Part shown: piece after piece, positions 33,884-42,985 of the stretch | Layout of the letters: each line of letters starts with the position of its first letter | Numbering within the stretch: the stretch's first letter is position 1 | From: a virus | Virus record (IMG/VR): IMGVR_UViG_3300021594_000641 | Span: 32,001 to 96,000 of that record | Strand: one strand, 5' to 3' | DNA length: 64,000 bases | Translations under genes and position numbers: made by a program | The notes under the pieces: generated by a model | Told to the model about the DNA's origin: nothing | Database searches by the model: none | Seen by the model: only the letters and a program-made list of their open reading frames with translations

Positions 33884-36646
33884 TTAGACGACCAACTTAA
33901 GTTCAATGTTGTTAAGAGGATAAGGAATGGTCAGGTTGATTTCGACCACAACCCTGTCCTTGTAGAGAGCGTGAGCTCTTACTACAGCAACAGTACCTTC
34001 CAGAAGCTGGGGACCTGCGGAGGTTCCAGCGACGGGAGCCTTCAGGGCGTCGACAGAGGAATCTACCAAGAACCTGATGGCCTGGATGGTGTCTCTGTTG
34101 ACGTTAGACTTACCGATGAATGGAGACAGGGCTTCCTTCAACACGTAAGCTATGGCGTCAACGTTCACGCGCACCATTTCTTCTCGGGTGTTTAGATCCG
34201 AGGGATCTGTGGTAACAGCGTGACGGTTGAAGATTTGACCTGCGGCGTTCTTGGCGATTATCCAACCGCCAGAACCAGCGACTATGTTTAGCTGACTGCC
34301 GTTGAGGCTTCCAACCAAGCTGCCCACGTCATCGATACCAGATACCGTGACATTGGTTAGGCCTTGCTGGGGAAGTACGCCTGAACGAAGACCAGCTATA
34401 GCCGCTGCAGCGAAGTAACCTGCGAAGGTTAGCCCGTTTGCGCCTACAGTGTCGTTGGCGATAGCCACAACTCTTCTGTTTGCGTACTGAGCAACCTTGT
34501 CCTTGGCAGCGTTAGCCAAATCAGTTTTGTTCAGGTTACGCCAAATTTCTACGCGCTGAGCTACGGTCACTGCTGACGTATGCCCAGATACTAGGCGCAA
34601 GCTGCCTTCAGACAACACTTCGTCCACAACGAACTCAGAGTAGGATTCGTTGCCAAAACCATCGGTGCTGTATAGGAAGCGAACGATGTCGCCAGCTCTT
34701 ACACCGTTTGTTTGGAACTTAGCGTTGTTAGCTGGAACTGACAGCAGGGTGTACTGAGTTCCTGAGGTGAAAGGATCGTCGGCAATCTTGGCAAGAGCCG
34801 CGCTGCCGTTAGAGGTCAAGCTGGAATCAACTACAGCCTTTACTCTAGGTACTGTGATTCCGAATACTGCTCCCTTGTAGTTAGCAACTTCAGGAGCTGA
34901 TTCGGCCAGAACCTGAGCCTTCCAGGCGTCAAGGACTGTTTCGTTATCTGTTAGAGGTACCAAGTTGTAAACTTGATTGTTACCTTCTACCAGCTCAAGA
35001 GCTTGCAGCCATGATTCTGTGTCAGAGGGATCAGCGATACCCGTGAAGTACACAGGCTGGCCGTTGGAGTTTTGCAAAGCCAAAGACACGCCCCAGAACA
35101 GGGGATTGTCAGGAGAGCTCTGCCCAAGCAAACCTGGAAGGTCAGCTATGTTTGTAACGCTTTCAAGAGCGCCAACATAATCAGACAACCAAGCTCGGTA
35201 CTCTACAAACAGCGTTCCGCCCTTTAGAGGCAAAGGAAGCTTAACGCCGCCGTCTGTCCAGCTTGAGTCGTAAAGCTGGATTCCGGAATGCACTGTTATT
35301 TCAGTGTCTGTTGTTGTGTAAGAAAGATTTGGAGCGTCAGCCTCCAACTCTTGAGCGATCTGCAAGTTCTTTTTGATGTAAAGCTTAAGGTCTAGGTCCG
35401 TGGCTGATTGAATAGCCTCGGGTAGGTCGTCAGCTAAGATCAGGGTTTTGATAGCGCCCTGCTTAGCTGCAGTTACTAAGACGTAATACTTGTCGCCCTT
35501 GCATAGGGCTGTTTGGTTGAAAGCAGCCGTAACGCCGTAGTTGCCTACCGGCTTAGCTACGTTTGCAGCAGTTACAACGGTAGGACCGCTTACATCGTAA
35601 CCAGTTGTTGTGGTCACGGTGATTTCGGGGCCAGAGGCATAAGCTCCGCCCTTGGTCACTTCAATAATGTAAGTAGTATCCTGAGTTCCGCTGTAAGTGC
35701 CGGCGGCTGTAATTGTAGGAGCAACGAAAGCCTGGTTTACCGTAAAGCTCCACTTCTGTCCTACAACCAGATCGTTTTCGCTAATACCGTTTAGGTTAGC
35801 TATCGAGCTGGTTGAGTTAGTGTCTACAGCGTTAAATGTTACAAGCAGGCCTCTTGTGCCAATTTCTGTGGCGCTTCCTGCCGTAGCTGGCGTTATGCTA
35901 GCTTGGTTATCTCTACCGCTAGCGCTTGTAACTCTAAAACGAGCAGTAGTAAAGTCTGCGTCTACTGAACTTTTGATGACTTCAACAGTGTAAGTTTCTG
36001 TTATGTCACCAGTCGGTCTGCCGTCATAGGCTGATGCGTTGGCAGAGACGGTTACAGCGTTCTTTAGACCTAGTGTTTGAGAAACTACACTCAAAGTCTG
36101 ATTGGTCTTGTTAGAGGAGTCGTAAACTTCTGTTGTGTTAACAGCTCCTGCTATGGTCTCACCAGCAAACCCCTTGATTGAGGTAGTTAGCTCGTAAGGA
36201 GTTCCGGAGTTGATTCCGCGCACGTAAACCACGTCGCCAATTTGGGCATCGCGGTCGTACATGACTGCAGATCTTGGATAGGACGTTCCGTTAGACTTGA
36301 ACGAGGTTCCAGCGTCACGGACTCTGTTTTTGAATCCTGATACTGGTGCTACAGTTGAACCTACGCTTGAGTCATTTACGTAGTATTCAAGAAGAGCGTC
36401 TTCGGCATACAGCTTCACAAAGCTGAAGTCCACCTGAGACCCGGCTGGGCGCTCAGGCCACAGGTATGGAGTGTCGCTTACAGAGTCGTACTCTCCAAGA
36501 TTGATGACATCCTTTTCATCAGAATTGGAGTACCTGAAAAGCTTGGCTTGAGGTCCAGCGATGTGTGCCGATCTTGGCACAGCCGTGGCCGCAGGCGCGA
36601 TATTGAATTCTTGGAATACCAAAACCTGTGGAAGAACGTATGCCAT
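33884..36646 (-). CDS. Tail sheath protein
   Basis: N-terminal MAYVLPQVLVFQE and C-terminal KDRVVVEINLTIPYPLNNIELKLVV, typical of contractile sheaths; 920 aa. Confidence 0.92.
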   Translation of the reverse strand: MAYVLPQVLVFQEFNIAPAATAVPRSAHIAGPQAKLFRYSNSDEKDVINLGEYDSVSDTPYLWPERPAGSQVDFSFVKLYAEDALLEYYVNDSSVGSTVAPVSGFKNRVRDAGTSFKSNGTSYPRSAVMYDRDAQIGDVVYVRGINSGTPYELTTSIKGFAGETIAGAVNTTEVYDSSNKTNQTLSVVSQTLGLKNAVTVSANASAYDGRPTGDITETYTVEVIKSSVDADFTTARFRVTSASGRDNQASITPATAGSATEIGTRGLLVTFNAVDTNSTSSIANLNGISENDLVVGQKWSFTVNQAFVAPTITAAGTYSGTQDTTYIIEVTKGGAYASGPEITVTTTTGYDVSGPTVVTAANVAKPVGNYGVTAAFNQTALCKGDKYYVLVTAAKQGAIKTLILADDLPEAIQSATDLDLKLYIKKNLQIAQELEADAPNLSYTTTDTEITVHSGIQLYDSSWTDGGVKLPLPLKGGTLFVEYRAWLSDYVGALESVTNIADLPGLLGQSSPDNPLFWGVSLALQNSNGQPVYFTGIADPSDTESWLQALELVEGNNQVYNLVPLTDNETVLDAWKAQVLAESAPEVANYKGAVFGITVPRVKAVVDSSLTSNGSAALAKIADDPFTSGTQYTLLSVPANNAKFQTNGVRAGDIVRFLYSTDGFGNESYSEFVVDEVLSEGSLRLVSGHTSAVTVAQRVEIWRNLNKTDLANAAKDKVAQYANRRVVAIANDTVGANGLTFAGYFAAAAIAGLRSGVLPQQGLTNVTVSGIDDVGSLVGSLNGSQLNIVAGSGGWIIAKNAAGQIFNRHAVTTDPSDLNTREEMVRVNVDAIAYVLKEALSPFIGKSNVNRDTIQAIRFLVDSSVDALKAPVAGTSAGPQLLEGTVAVVRAHALYKDRVVVEINLTIPYPLNNIELKLVV

Positions 36647-36678
36647 GGTTTCCTCCGTAAGAGCCCCTACTCGTTAAT

Positions 36679-37305
36679 TTAAGGGATGAACTTAGACAAC
36701 ACAATCCTTTTCAACACTGGACTTTGCGTTACAAGCTGCCAATTTTCATCAGCAGCATACGACACTGTTACCGGTACGCCGTAATTCTCTTTCGATTCCT
36801 CAAGCTCAAAAAGTCCGCCGACTTGAGCTAAGGTGAATCGTTTAAGATCTAGTTCTTGTCTGATTATCGGGCCAAACTGCATCATTTCTCTGTAAACTTC
36901 AGCAGCCAATATTTCTGCTTCTGTACCCTTGCCCGATATGCAGAAGAAAGTGTGGCTGCCTGTAATCAATGCTGAATAATCTCTAGCTCCTGTTAATGGT
37001 ACATTACCGAGGTACCTATCGTCTATACTGATTCTTTGCACTTGCCAGTCATTTCTTTTAATTATGATTGCAGGCCTTTTTTGGGTCAAGTCAGGCCTCC
37101 ATTGAGTTATAGATTCAACAACTAAATCTGTTGAAGGTACAGCTTTCCATAACTTACCCCTTAACTCTTTTGCCTCTATATTGTTAGGGTCTGAAAAGTG
37201 ATTTATAAACCACTCTCTAAAGAACCCAGTCATCAAATGGGGTCTTGGCGCTATTGAGCACCAGTTGCTTATCTTCTCTGGGTCATGCGTCTCTGGCGTG
37301 CTCAT
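36679..37305 (-). CDS. Tail terminator / tail completion protein
   Basis: Upstream of the sheath; TQKRPAIIIKRNDW motif. Confidence 0.6.
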   Translation of the reverse strand: MSTPETHDPEKISNWCSIAPRPHLMTGFFREWFINHFSDPNNIEAKELRGKLWKAVPSTDLVVESITQWRPDLTQKRPAIIIKRNDWQVQRISIDDRYLGNVPLTGARDYSALITGSHTFFCISGKGTEAEILAAEVYREMMQFGPIIRQELDLKRFTLAQVGGLFELEESKENYGVPVTVSYAADENWQLVTQSPVLKRIVLSKFIP

Positions 37306-37441
37306 TATTCTTCTCCAAACCCAGAGACTTAGCTATAACTTTTTTAAGATTTTCGTCAGGTTCCCAATTAAGCAGACTTTTCTTGGGAAGAAGCGTTGTT
37401 CTCTTAGTGTTATCGTCAAGAGTTTTAGCGGGCTTGTCCAT
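37283..37441 (-). CDS. Small hypothetical protein (52 aa), not in ORF track
   Basis: ATG overlaps the upstream TAA (TAATG) and fills an otherwise empty 135-nt gap: MDKPAKTLDDNTKRTTLLPKKSLLNWEPDENLKKVIAKSLGLEKNNEHARDA. Confidence 0.55.
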   Translation of the reverse strand: MDKPAKTLDDNTKRTTLLPKKSLLNWEPDENLKKVIAKSLGLEKNNEHARDA

Positions 37442-38259
37442 TAAGATCCCTCTAAAGGAATAGTATAAACTATATCAGAGAAATTAGCCTGTCTAACGTT
37501 TACTTTGGTGACAATAGGATAACCGCGCATTTCCGCAGCCGCCACCACTTCGTGAATTATAAATCTCCTGTCGCTTCCAGAGTCTACGAACACGTCGTAG
37601 CTGTCTGGTATTGGATCTCCAAGCATTCGGCACTCTTGAAACACAACTTCTTTTTTAGTGCCTACAGCCTGGACGTTGTCCATCTCTTCTCTTGCTGCGT
37701 GCAAAGCTAGCTCTAGATATGAAGGGACTGCTGCAAAATATCCTTGAGTTATTCCAGTACCTTTGCATACAGAGCAGTTGCTGTCAGTTACTTCTTCAGT
37801 CAAATAGTCCGTACAGGTAGTACATCGCGACCCGTAACGTTTCCTTTTTAAGAGAAATCCCTTCAATGAAGTGTACTTTTTATGCCTAAGGGTTTCTTTT
37901 CTAATTACGTCTCTAGATAGACGCCAATCTCTAAATTGTAAGTTTTTACTAGCTGAAACTATCTCTGAATAGTAAGTGCGTACTGGAGTTACTAGCTTAA
38001 CTCGGTAATAAAAATCTTGAGTTTGAGCGAATATCCTTTTTTCATCATCTTCCAAAAAATAAGTGTTAGTAGCCGATAAGCCTATGTTTGAAAACTGAGG
38101 ATTGTTTGTAGAAGAGTAAGCGCCCTGCAGAGTAAACGTATGAGGCTGTTTGTCTGTAAACAGCCTGGACAATACCCATTCAACTCTAGTCGTTCCCTCG
38201 ACAGAGTATTTTATAAAGACCCGTTCAAACGGACTGGCTATTTGTGACCTGTCGGTCAT
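37441..38259 (-). CDS. Neck/head-closure protein with CxxC pairs
   Basis: RCTTC...CSVCKGTG...GY motif; lies between adaptor and tail terminator. Confidence 0.65.
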   Translation of the reverse strand: MTDRSQIASPFERVFIKYSVEGTTRVEWVLSRLFTDKQPHTFTLQGAYSSTNNPQFSNIGLSATNTYFLEDDEKRIFAQTQDFYYRVKLVTPVRTYYSEIVSASKNLQFRDWRLSRDVIRKETLRHKKYTSLKGFLLKRKRYGSRCTTCTDYLTEEVTDSNCSVCKGTGITQGYFAAVPSYLELALHAAREEMDNVQAVGTKKEVVFQECRMLGDPIPDSYDVFVDSGSDRRFIIHEVVAAAEMRGYPIVTKVNVRQANFSDIVYTIPLEGS

Positions 38260-38262
38260 GGC

Positions 38263-39189
38263 TTATCTCCAACGGCCACCGTAATCGTAGCCAGAGCCGA
38301 ACGAGCCGTTCCAGTTTTGAGCGTTGTACTGGGCTTTCTTGTTCTTTACCCAAGCTTGGTATTCTCCAAGCATCTGAGCGCCCATCTGCTCGTATTCTGC
38401 GGCTTTGTTCTTGTCGTCTATCTGCATACCGCCAGCAGAGTAAGGAAGATGGTTTCTTCTGTAGTGCTTTGCAGCTATCTGGTACAGATATCCCATTATC
38501 CCGTTTAGTAGCATGACGGGATTTGGAAAATTGGTGCTGTCAAACTTCTGGGTTATTGGAGGCTGAGCTGAATTGAAATGCTGCAAGCATCGTATAGCTG
38601 ATTCTACAATTTCTGTAAGATCGAACTCTAGTTCAGACAACAAATAGTTATCTTCTGGAGAATTGTCCCTGAGAAACACTCTGATGTCTTCAGGGGAAGG
38701 AACTCCCTTGAAATTAACGTTTGTTCCAAACTCGCCTCTATCTACCATCAAGAAAAAGGAAGAAGTAAACAGTATTGACGAGTCAGAGTCCATGAACGCA
38801 AACTGACCGCGCATTATTCCATTCAGTTCAGTGGCGGCTGCAGGCACTCTAGCCCTAATTACTCCAGCCTCTGGGTTTATGACAATAGCTTCTAGTTCTA
38901 CTGGAGCGTTTTCTTGTGATTCGCTTATAACCTCACGCATTTTTCCTATTATTCTTTGAGACCCGGATCCTTCGCTCATTGAGCTTGAAATGCTTGAGCT
39001 GAAACCGCACTCAGTAAGGTTTATAGGTCTGCCTTCGGAATCCCTCAGGACTAACTCCATTACCGGAGTAACTCCCTGACTGGTTAGCAAAGAAGGTATC
39101 TTGGCCAGTATAGGCTGACCTTCAACTCGGGTTACTCTAGGTCTGATTATGATTTGTTCAGAACAATTGATTATCGAAGGATCAGGCAT
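38263..39189 (-). CDS. Head-tail adaptor/neck protein with N-terminal Ig-like domain
   Basis: IRVFLRDNSPEDNYLL...YRRNHLPYSAGGMQIDDKNKA neck-type motif; first gene after the morons. Confidence 0.65.
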   Translation of the reverse strand: MPDPSIINCSEQIIIRPRVTRVEGQPILAKIPSLLTSQGVTPVMELVLRDSEGRPINLTECGFSSSISSSMSEGSGSQRIIGKMREVISESQENAPVELEAIVINPEAGVIRARVPAAATELNGIMRGQFAFMDSDSSILFTSSFFLMVDRGEFGTNVNFKGVPSPEDIRVFLRDNSPEDNYLLSELEFDLTEIVESAIRCLQHFNSAQPPITQKFDSTNFPNPVMLLNGIMGYLYQIAAKHYRRNHLPYSAGGMQIDDKNKAAEYEQMGAQMLGEYQAWVKNKKAQYNAQNWNGSFGSGYDYGGRWR

Positions 39190-39265
39190 TTATTGACCCT
39201 CTGGGTAAATTTAGTTTATAGCTTATTTGGTCATACTACCATACGTAACTTTATGCCTGATAGCT

Positions 39266-39306
39266 AAAAAAAACCCACCGCCAAGGCGCTAGCCTCAACG
39301 GTGGTT
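39266..39306 (-). terminator. Rho-independent terminator
   Basis: Minus strand ACCACCGTTGAGG-CTAGCG-CCTTGGCGGTGGG followed by T8, just after the 39311 stop. Confidence 0.85.
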
Positions 39307-39310
39307 CTGG

Positions 39311-39712
39311 TTAAACCAGCTTGAACGTCATAGCGGCCAGAGCCGCAAGGCTGGTTATGAGCCAGGCTCCTCCAAGCACCGCCGCTGAAAAGAATGCGGC
39401 CTTGAAAACTACAAACAGCGCTGTTTGTAGTTTTTTCTCCAATTCTTTCATGATGAGGAAAAAAACGGAGAAAACAGCAAAAGAAGCGGCTGCCTCAAAA
39501 CAAACGCCATCCTTACCCTCAACTTCTGTTGAGAGTATAGGGCTCTGCTGATCCACCTCCACAACACTCTTGTGTCCTGGGAGGTGAAGCCAGCCGCCAT
39601 CCGGCAGCTGGCTGAAATGGTCGCCGTTTGCGGCGGCGGCCTTAGCGGCCCTGCTGGCCGCTTTGGCCTGGTCTGGGCCGAAGACTCTGAGGTTGTTGTG
39701 TTTAATTTCCAT
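39311..39712 (-). CDS. Membrane protein (moron), two C-terminal hydrophobic segments
   Basis: FEAAASFAVFSVFFLIM and ALFVVFKAAFFSAAVLGGAWLITSLAALAAM; GGAG RBS; has its own terminator. Confidence 0.7.
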   Translation of the reverse strand: MEIKHNNLRVFGPDQAKAASRAAKAAAANGDHFSQLPDGGWLHLPGHKSVVEVDQQSPILSTEVEGKDGVCFEAAASFAVFSVFFLIMKELEKKLQTALFVVFKAAFFSAAVLGGAWLITSLAALAAMTFKLV

Positions 39713-39741
39713 GTTCGTCTCCAGAAATGCTAATTAGACAC

Positions 39742-39761
39742 CATATGAATATGACAGGTTT
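39742..39761 (-). promoter_or_regulatory. Candidate promoter motif copy 1 (AAACCTGTCATATTCATATG)
   Basis: 17/20 identical to 40489..40508; contains extended -10-like TGnCATATT; lies between a terminator and an RBS. Confidence 0.55.
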
Positions 39762-39788
39762 AAAGCTCGACTTAAGTAACTGACGGCT

Positions 39789-39827
39789 AAAAAAAAGTCC
39801 CTCAATGCGCTTTGGCGTTGAGGGACT
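39789..39827 (-). terminator. Rho-independent terminator
   Basis: AGTCCCTCAACGC-CAAA-GCGCATTGAGGGACT followed by a T-tract, after the 39845 stop. Confidence 0.85.
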
Positions 39828-39844
39828 AATTGTGACACTAAAAA

Positions 39845-40435
39845 CTAACTAAAGTTTTTAGCATACCATGTCCAACCGTAGCCCGCTGCAACGCAGGCCA
39901 CTATTGGAAAAACTACAGGTAGTTCTGAGTAAAAATATCTACAGGCGAAAAAGACGGCGATGCCGCCTACTACTGGCATCAGAGAGACACCTCCTGATGC
40001 CTTAGGCCTCTCTCTGACGTTTCCTGAAGCCTCAGTATCGTAGTCTTCTTGCCGGAACTTGTCCGCCAATTCCATGACGGACTTGACGTTCCGTTCTAGC
40101 CTAGCAACTACCTCCTTCCCCAAATCATTTTTAGCCTCATCTTCTTTTATTGCTTTGATTATTTCTTCGTCGGACATACCTAGTTTGTTCCGTTCGTTGA
40201 AATATCTTTGTTTATTTATCTGCACCGCCAACATCCTGTTGATCGCGTACGTCTGAGGCGACGGCTTATCCATCACCTCAAACTCAGCGTCAATAACGTC
40301 GTCAGAATCCTTTTCAGGTTTTCTGTCGTGCCTGCTGCTGTCTTGGCTTTTATGCCTCCTTTGTTGGCTACCGTTTTTCTTTTTACGATTACCGCCAATG
40401 GAAAAAGACTCACCTTCACCAAGGTTCCAGCTCAT
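39845..40435 (-). CDS. Membrane protein (moron) with charged N-terminus and two C-terminal TM segments
   Basis: VSLMPVVGGIAVFFACRYFY and LPVVFPIVACVAAGYGWTWYA; GGGAG RBS. Confidence 0.75.
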   Translation of the reverse strand: MSWNLGEGESFSIGGNRKKKNGSQQRRHKSQDSSRHDRKPEKDSDDVIDAEFEVMDKPSPQTYAINRMLAVQINKQRYFNERNKLGMSDEEIIKAIKEDEAKNDLGKEVVARLERNVKSVMELADKFRQEDYDTEASGNVRERPKASGGVSLMPVVGGIAVFFACRYFYSELPVVFPIVACVAAGYGWTWYAKNFS

Positions 40436-40488
40436 GGTAACACTCCCAACCCTTCAGCTGCCGCGAAAGCGAACAGATATACTGAGGG

Positions 40489-40508
40489 CATAGGATTATG
40501 ACAGATTT
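40489..40508 (-). promoter_or_regulatory. Candidate promoter motif copy 2 (AAATCTGTCATAATCCTATG)
   Basis: TGnCATAAT extended -10-like core; near-identical to copy 1; sits just after the capsid-operon terminator. Confidence 0.55.
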
Positions 40509-40516
40509 TTGAGTAC

Positions 40517-40555
40517 AAAATAAAACCACCGCTCCCTTTTGAGAGCGGTGGTTTT
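40517..40555 (-). terminator. Rho-independent terminator closing the capsid operon (possibly bidirectional)
   Basis: AAAACCACCGCTC..GAGCGGTGGTTTT stem with T-rich tails on both strands. Confidence 0.85.
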
Positions 40556-40591
40556 AAATATCTAGTCTCTGTTACTACTGACTTAGTTAAA

Positions 40592-40933
40592 TCAGGAGAT
40601 AGAGCTAGAGTACGCGCCCCAGCAAGGATCGACGTCGTTGACCACGCTGTTTGCAACAGTGATGATCTTGGTGACGTCTAGGGTTGCGTCGTAGTAGTGT
40701 TGGGAAGGAGTGCTTACGATCACTAGGTCGCCAGAGTTTACCGCAGCTTCAAACCCTGCCAGTTGACGGGCGCGGGTTCTGAAGTTGGGCTGACTTAGGC
40801 GAGTGACTAGGTCACCAGTGAACGTATACTCTTCACCAGGAGCAAGGCGCTTGCCATGAGCCCCGAGAAAACCAAAGAACTTGGTTGCCCCGGACATGTT
40901 GCGCACTTTTGTTTGAAGGCAAGTGATTGCCAT
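40592..40933 (-). CDS. Hypothetical virion protein downstream of the capsid genes
   Basis: 113 aa, GGAGG RBS, C-ending codon bias like the capsid gene; ends YSSSIS. Confidence 0.65.
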   Translation of the reverse strand: MAITCLQTKVRNMSGATKFFGFLGAHGKRLAPGEEYTFTGDLVTRLSQPNFRTRARQLAGFEAAVNSGDLVIVSTPSQHYYDATLDVTKIITVANSVVNDVDPCWGAYSSSIS

Positions 40934-40947
40934 TTAAAACCTCCGGT

Positions 40948-41346
40948 TTAGTTAGCGGCCAGGTGTTCAGCGATAGCTTGGTGGTACACGGCCACGGCTT
41001 CTCTGACGTTAGGATTTAAAGCTAGATTGGCTGCGGCTGCCTTTACCAGACTTTCTTGCTGGGCTGACTTAACCTGAGCTTCGTTACCTAGGCTCGAGGG
41101 ATTAAGTACGCCTTCAAGGTTCTGAGCGGCTGCAGTAATCAGGCTGCTGTGAGCGCTGGCTTGCTTGGCCAGTTCCTGTTCCTGAATGCTAGTAATGCTG
41201 CTAGCAATTTTTAGAAGTTGTGCAACTTCTTCTTCAGTCTGAGGAACAATGCCGTAATCGCTTGCCAGCTTCTCTAGGAAGACAGGCACATACACTTCCT
41301 GCATGAGGAAAGCATGGGCAGCTTCTGGAGTAGCGTTGGTGGACAT
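40948..41346 (-). CDS. KxA-repeat helical protein (scaffold/inner-core-like)
   Basis: All five lysines are in K-x-A context (KLA, KIA, KQA, KSA, KAA). Confidence 0.65.
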   Translation of the reverse strand: MSTNATPEAAHAFLMQEVYVPVFLEKLASDYGIVPQTEEEVAQLLKIASSITSIQEQELAKQASAHSSLITAAAQNLEGVLNPSSLGNEAQVKSAQQESLVKAAAANLALNPNVREAVAVYHQAIAEHLAAN

Positions 41347-41413
41347 CTAAGTTGCTCCTTTCTTTGCACGACAGGGTAGCGGCGGTTAAGCCGCTACCCT
41401 GTTACGATGCGGA

Positions 41414-42346
41414 TCAAGCGAAGTCGGCGCGGGCCAGAGAGTTGGTGTTGCCGATAGCGCCACCAATTGTCTCGTAAGCAAAGAACTCAAGCATGTAAGC
41501 CTTACGCTCGATGTACATTGTGGTGTCTTCGAGGACGTAGGACTTGCCCATGAACTTGGGATCAGCAAACAAGTACATTGAGTCGCTGGGGACCAAGTCT
41601 TGCTTGATGGTGATGATCCAGTTGGCGTTCATGAAGTTCTGCTCAGACCAGCCGTTCTTGAAGACGTCCTGGCTGAAGTCACCACCCATTTCTTCACGAC
41701 CAAACTTCATGATCTCGCGGATCGTGAGGTTGTTCAGAAGAACTGTGCCGGTTTCTAGGCGGCTGATGGTGCGGGGCAGAATCTTGAAAGCCTCTTGGAG
41801 GTTATCACGAGTGATACCGCCGTAGAGGGTTTCCCACTGAACAACGCCGGAGTTGGTGTTGGTGGCGTCGGCGGAGCCGCCCAAGCCAGCATCAACAGAG
41901 GCCAAGAACTTGCGGTCTTCTTCAGCCAGCATGTCCTTGATGGAGTTGTCAGAAAGAACCTGACGGATGTCGATGTAGTACGTCCGTAGTTCGTCAACGT
42001 CCTTGGTGAACCGAGGGGTGACGATACGATCGAAGCTAACGCGATAGCGCTGGCCGCGAATGTACAGGTTCATTGGTAGGGTGGCGAAGGGGATGCTGAT
42101 CGCGGCGGGGGAATCCGGCTCGCGGTCAACAATCTTCACGGGCTTGTCGGTATCAACCTGACGATCGAGATCGTCATTGCTGATCTGGACGGGTGGAAGG
42201 ATTCTGCGGTAGAAGCCTTCTTCACGCATCCTGTACCGGGTGAAGTCATTAACAGCGTCAAGTGCGCGCTTTTCCATGCCTGGGGTTTCCAGGTAGGACA
42301 TGAAGGTCTCGTTGCGCAGCTTGACATCTTCGCTAACTGATGCCAT
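41414..42346 (-). CDS. Major capsid protein (probable HK97 fold)
   Basis: 310 aa, follows protease-scaffold-decoration genes; strong codon bias; EEGFYRRILPP...RIVTPRFTKDVDELRTY...AEEDRKFL...FFAYETIGGAIGN pattern. Confidence 0.85.
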   Translation of the reverse strand: MASVSEDVKLRNETFMSYLETPGMEKRALDAVNDFTRYRMREEGFYRRILPPVQISNDDLDRQVDTDKPVKIVDREPDSPAAISIPFATLPMNLYIRGQRYRVSFDRIVTPRFTKDVDELRTYYIDIRQVLSDNSIKDMLAEEDRKFLASVDAGLGGSADATNTNSGVVQWETLYGGITRDNLQEAFKILPRTISRLETGTVLLNNLTIREIMKFGREEMGGDFSQDVFKNGWSEQNFMNANWIITIKQDLVPSDSMYLFADPKFMGKSYVLEDTTMYIERKAYMLEFFAYETIGGAIGNTNSLARADFA

Positions 42347-42382
42347 GTCTAAATTCTCCTGCAGTTACCTTGGGGTTAAGAA

Positions 42383-42961
42383 TTAGTTACCAGTCTTGCC
42401 GGGTTTGTAAACGGGCCAGAACGCCAACACGGTGTTGCGGTCAGACTGACGCTTACGAGGAGCGCGGCTTACAACCCCTACAATCGCTGTGGGGTTGGTG
42501 CTGCTGCTTAGCGAAGATGAGTTTTCCAGAGTTATGACGCTCTGGTTTGTCAAACGACCACCGGTTGTCTGGTTGCTGTTGCTAGCAACAGCGCGCAGGT
42601 AATCGTTAGGGTAGTAAGTCTGAGCGGTGTCGAACTCGGTTGTTTCGAGTTCATAAGCGCCCTTGGCTACCAAACCCGTCAAGTTACCGTCAGGTCCGAT
42701 GGGATACCAGAGAGCTCCGCCGTTTCCGTTGGAGTCGCCAGAATTAGCCACATCGCTATCGGTACTGTTCTGCAGCAAGAAGATAGGCATCTGGGAACCC
42801 AGAACACCCATTTCAAACTCACCGTCGTTGTTCAGGTGAACGCAACGACCAGCGTAAGCTGTGATCGTGACGTTGTCGCTGAGCTTAGCGGTGAAGTCCA
42901 GGGCGGCCATGTGGAACCAGCCCTTAACCGCATCCAAGGTGTGAGCAAACATCTGAGCCAT
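42383..42961 (-). CDS. Capsid decoration/cement protein
   Basis: 192-aa beta-rich ORF immediately upstream of the MCP; GLVAKGAYELETTEF...VGVVS motif. Confidence 0.65.
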   Translation of the reverse strand: MAQMFAHTLDAVKGWFHMAALDFTAKLSDNVTITAYAGRCVHLNNDGEFEMGVLGSQMPIFLLQNSTDSDVANSGDSNGNGGALWYPIGPDGNLTGLVAKGAYELETTEFDTAQTYYPNDYLRAVASNSNQTTGGRLTNQSVITLENSSSLSSSTNPTAIVGVVSRAPRKRQSDRNTVLAFWPVYKPGKTGN

Positions 42962-42985
42962 GTCAAAAACCTCCTAAGGTTAGAA

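Noticed and set aside
13622-39189. Interpretation as a bacterial contractile injection system (eCIS/T6SS/tailocin) or prophage remnant
   Set aside because: Capsid, scaffold, prohead protease, neck genes, RNAP subunit and sigma are contiguous with the tail genes, and no host housekeeping genes are present.
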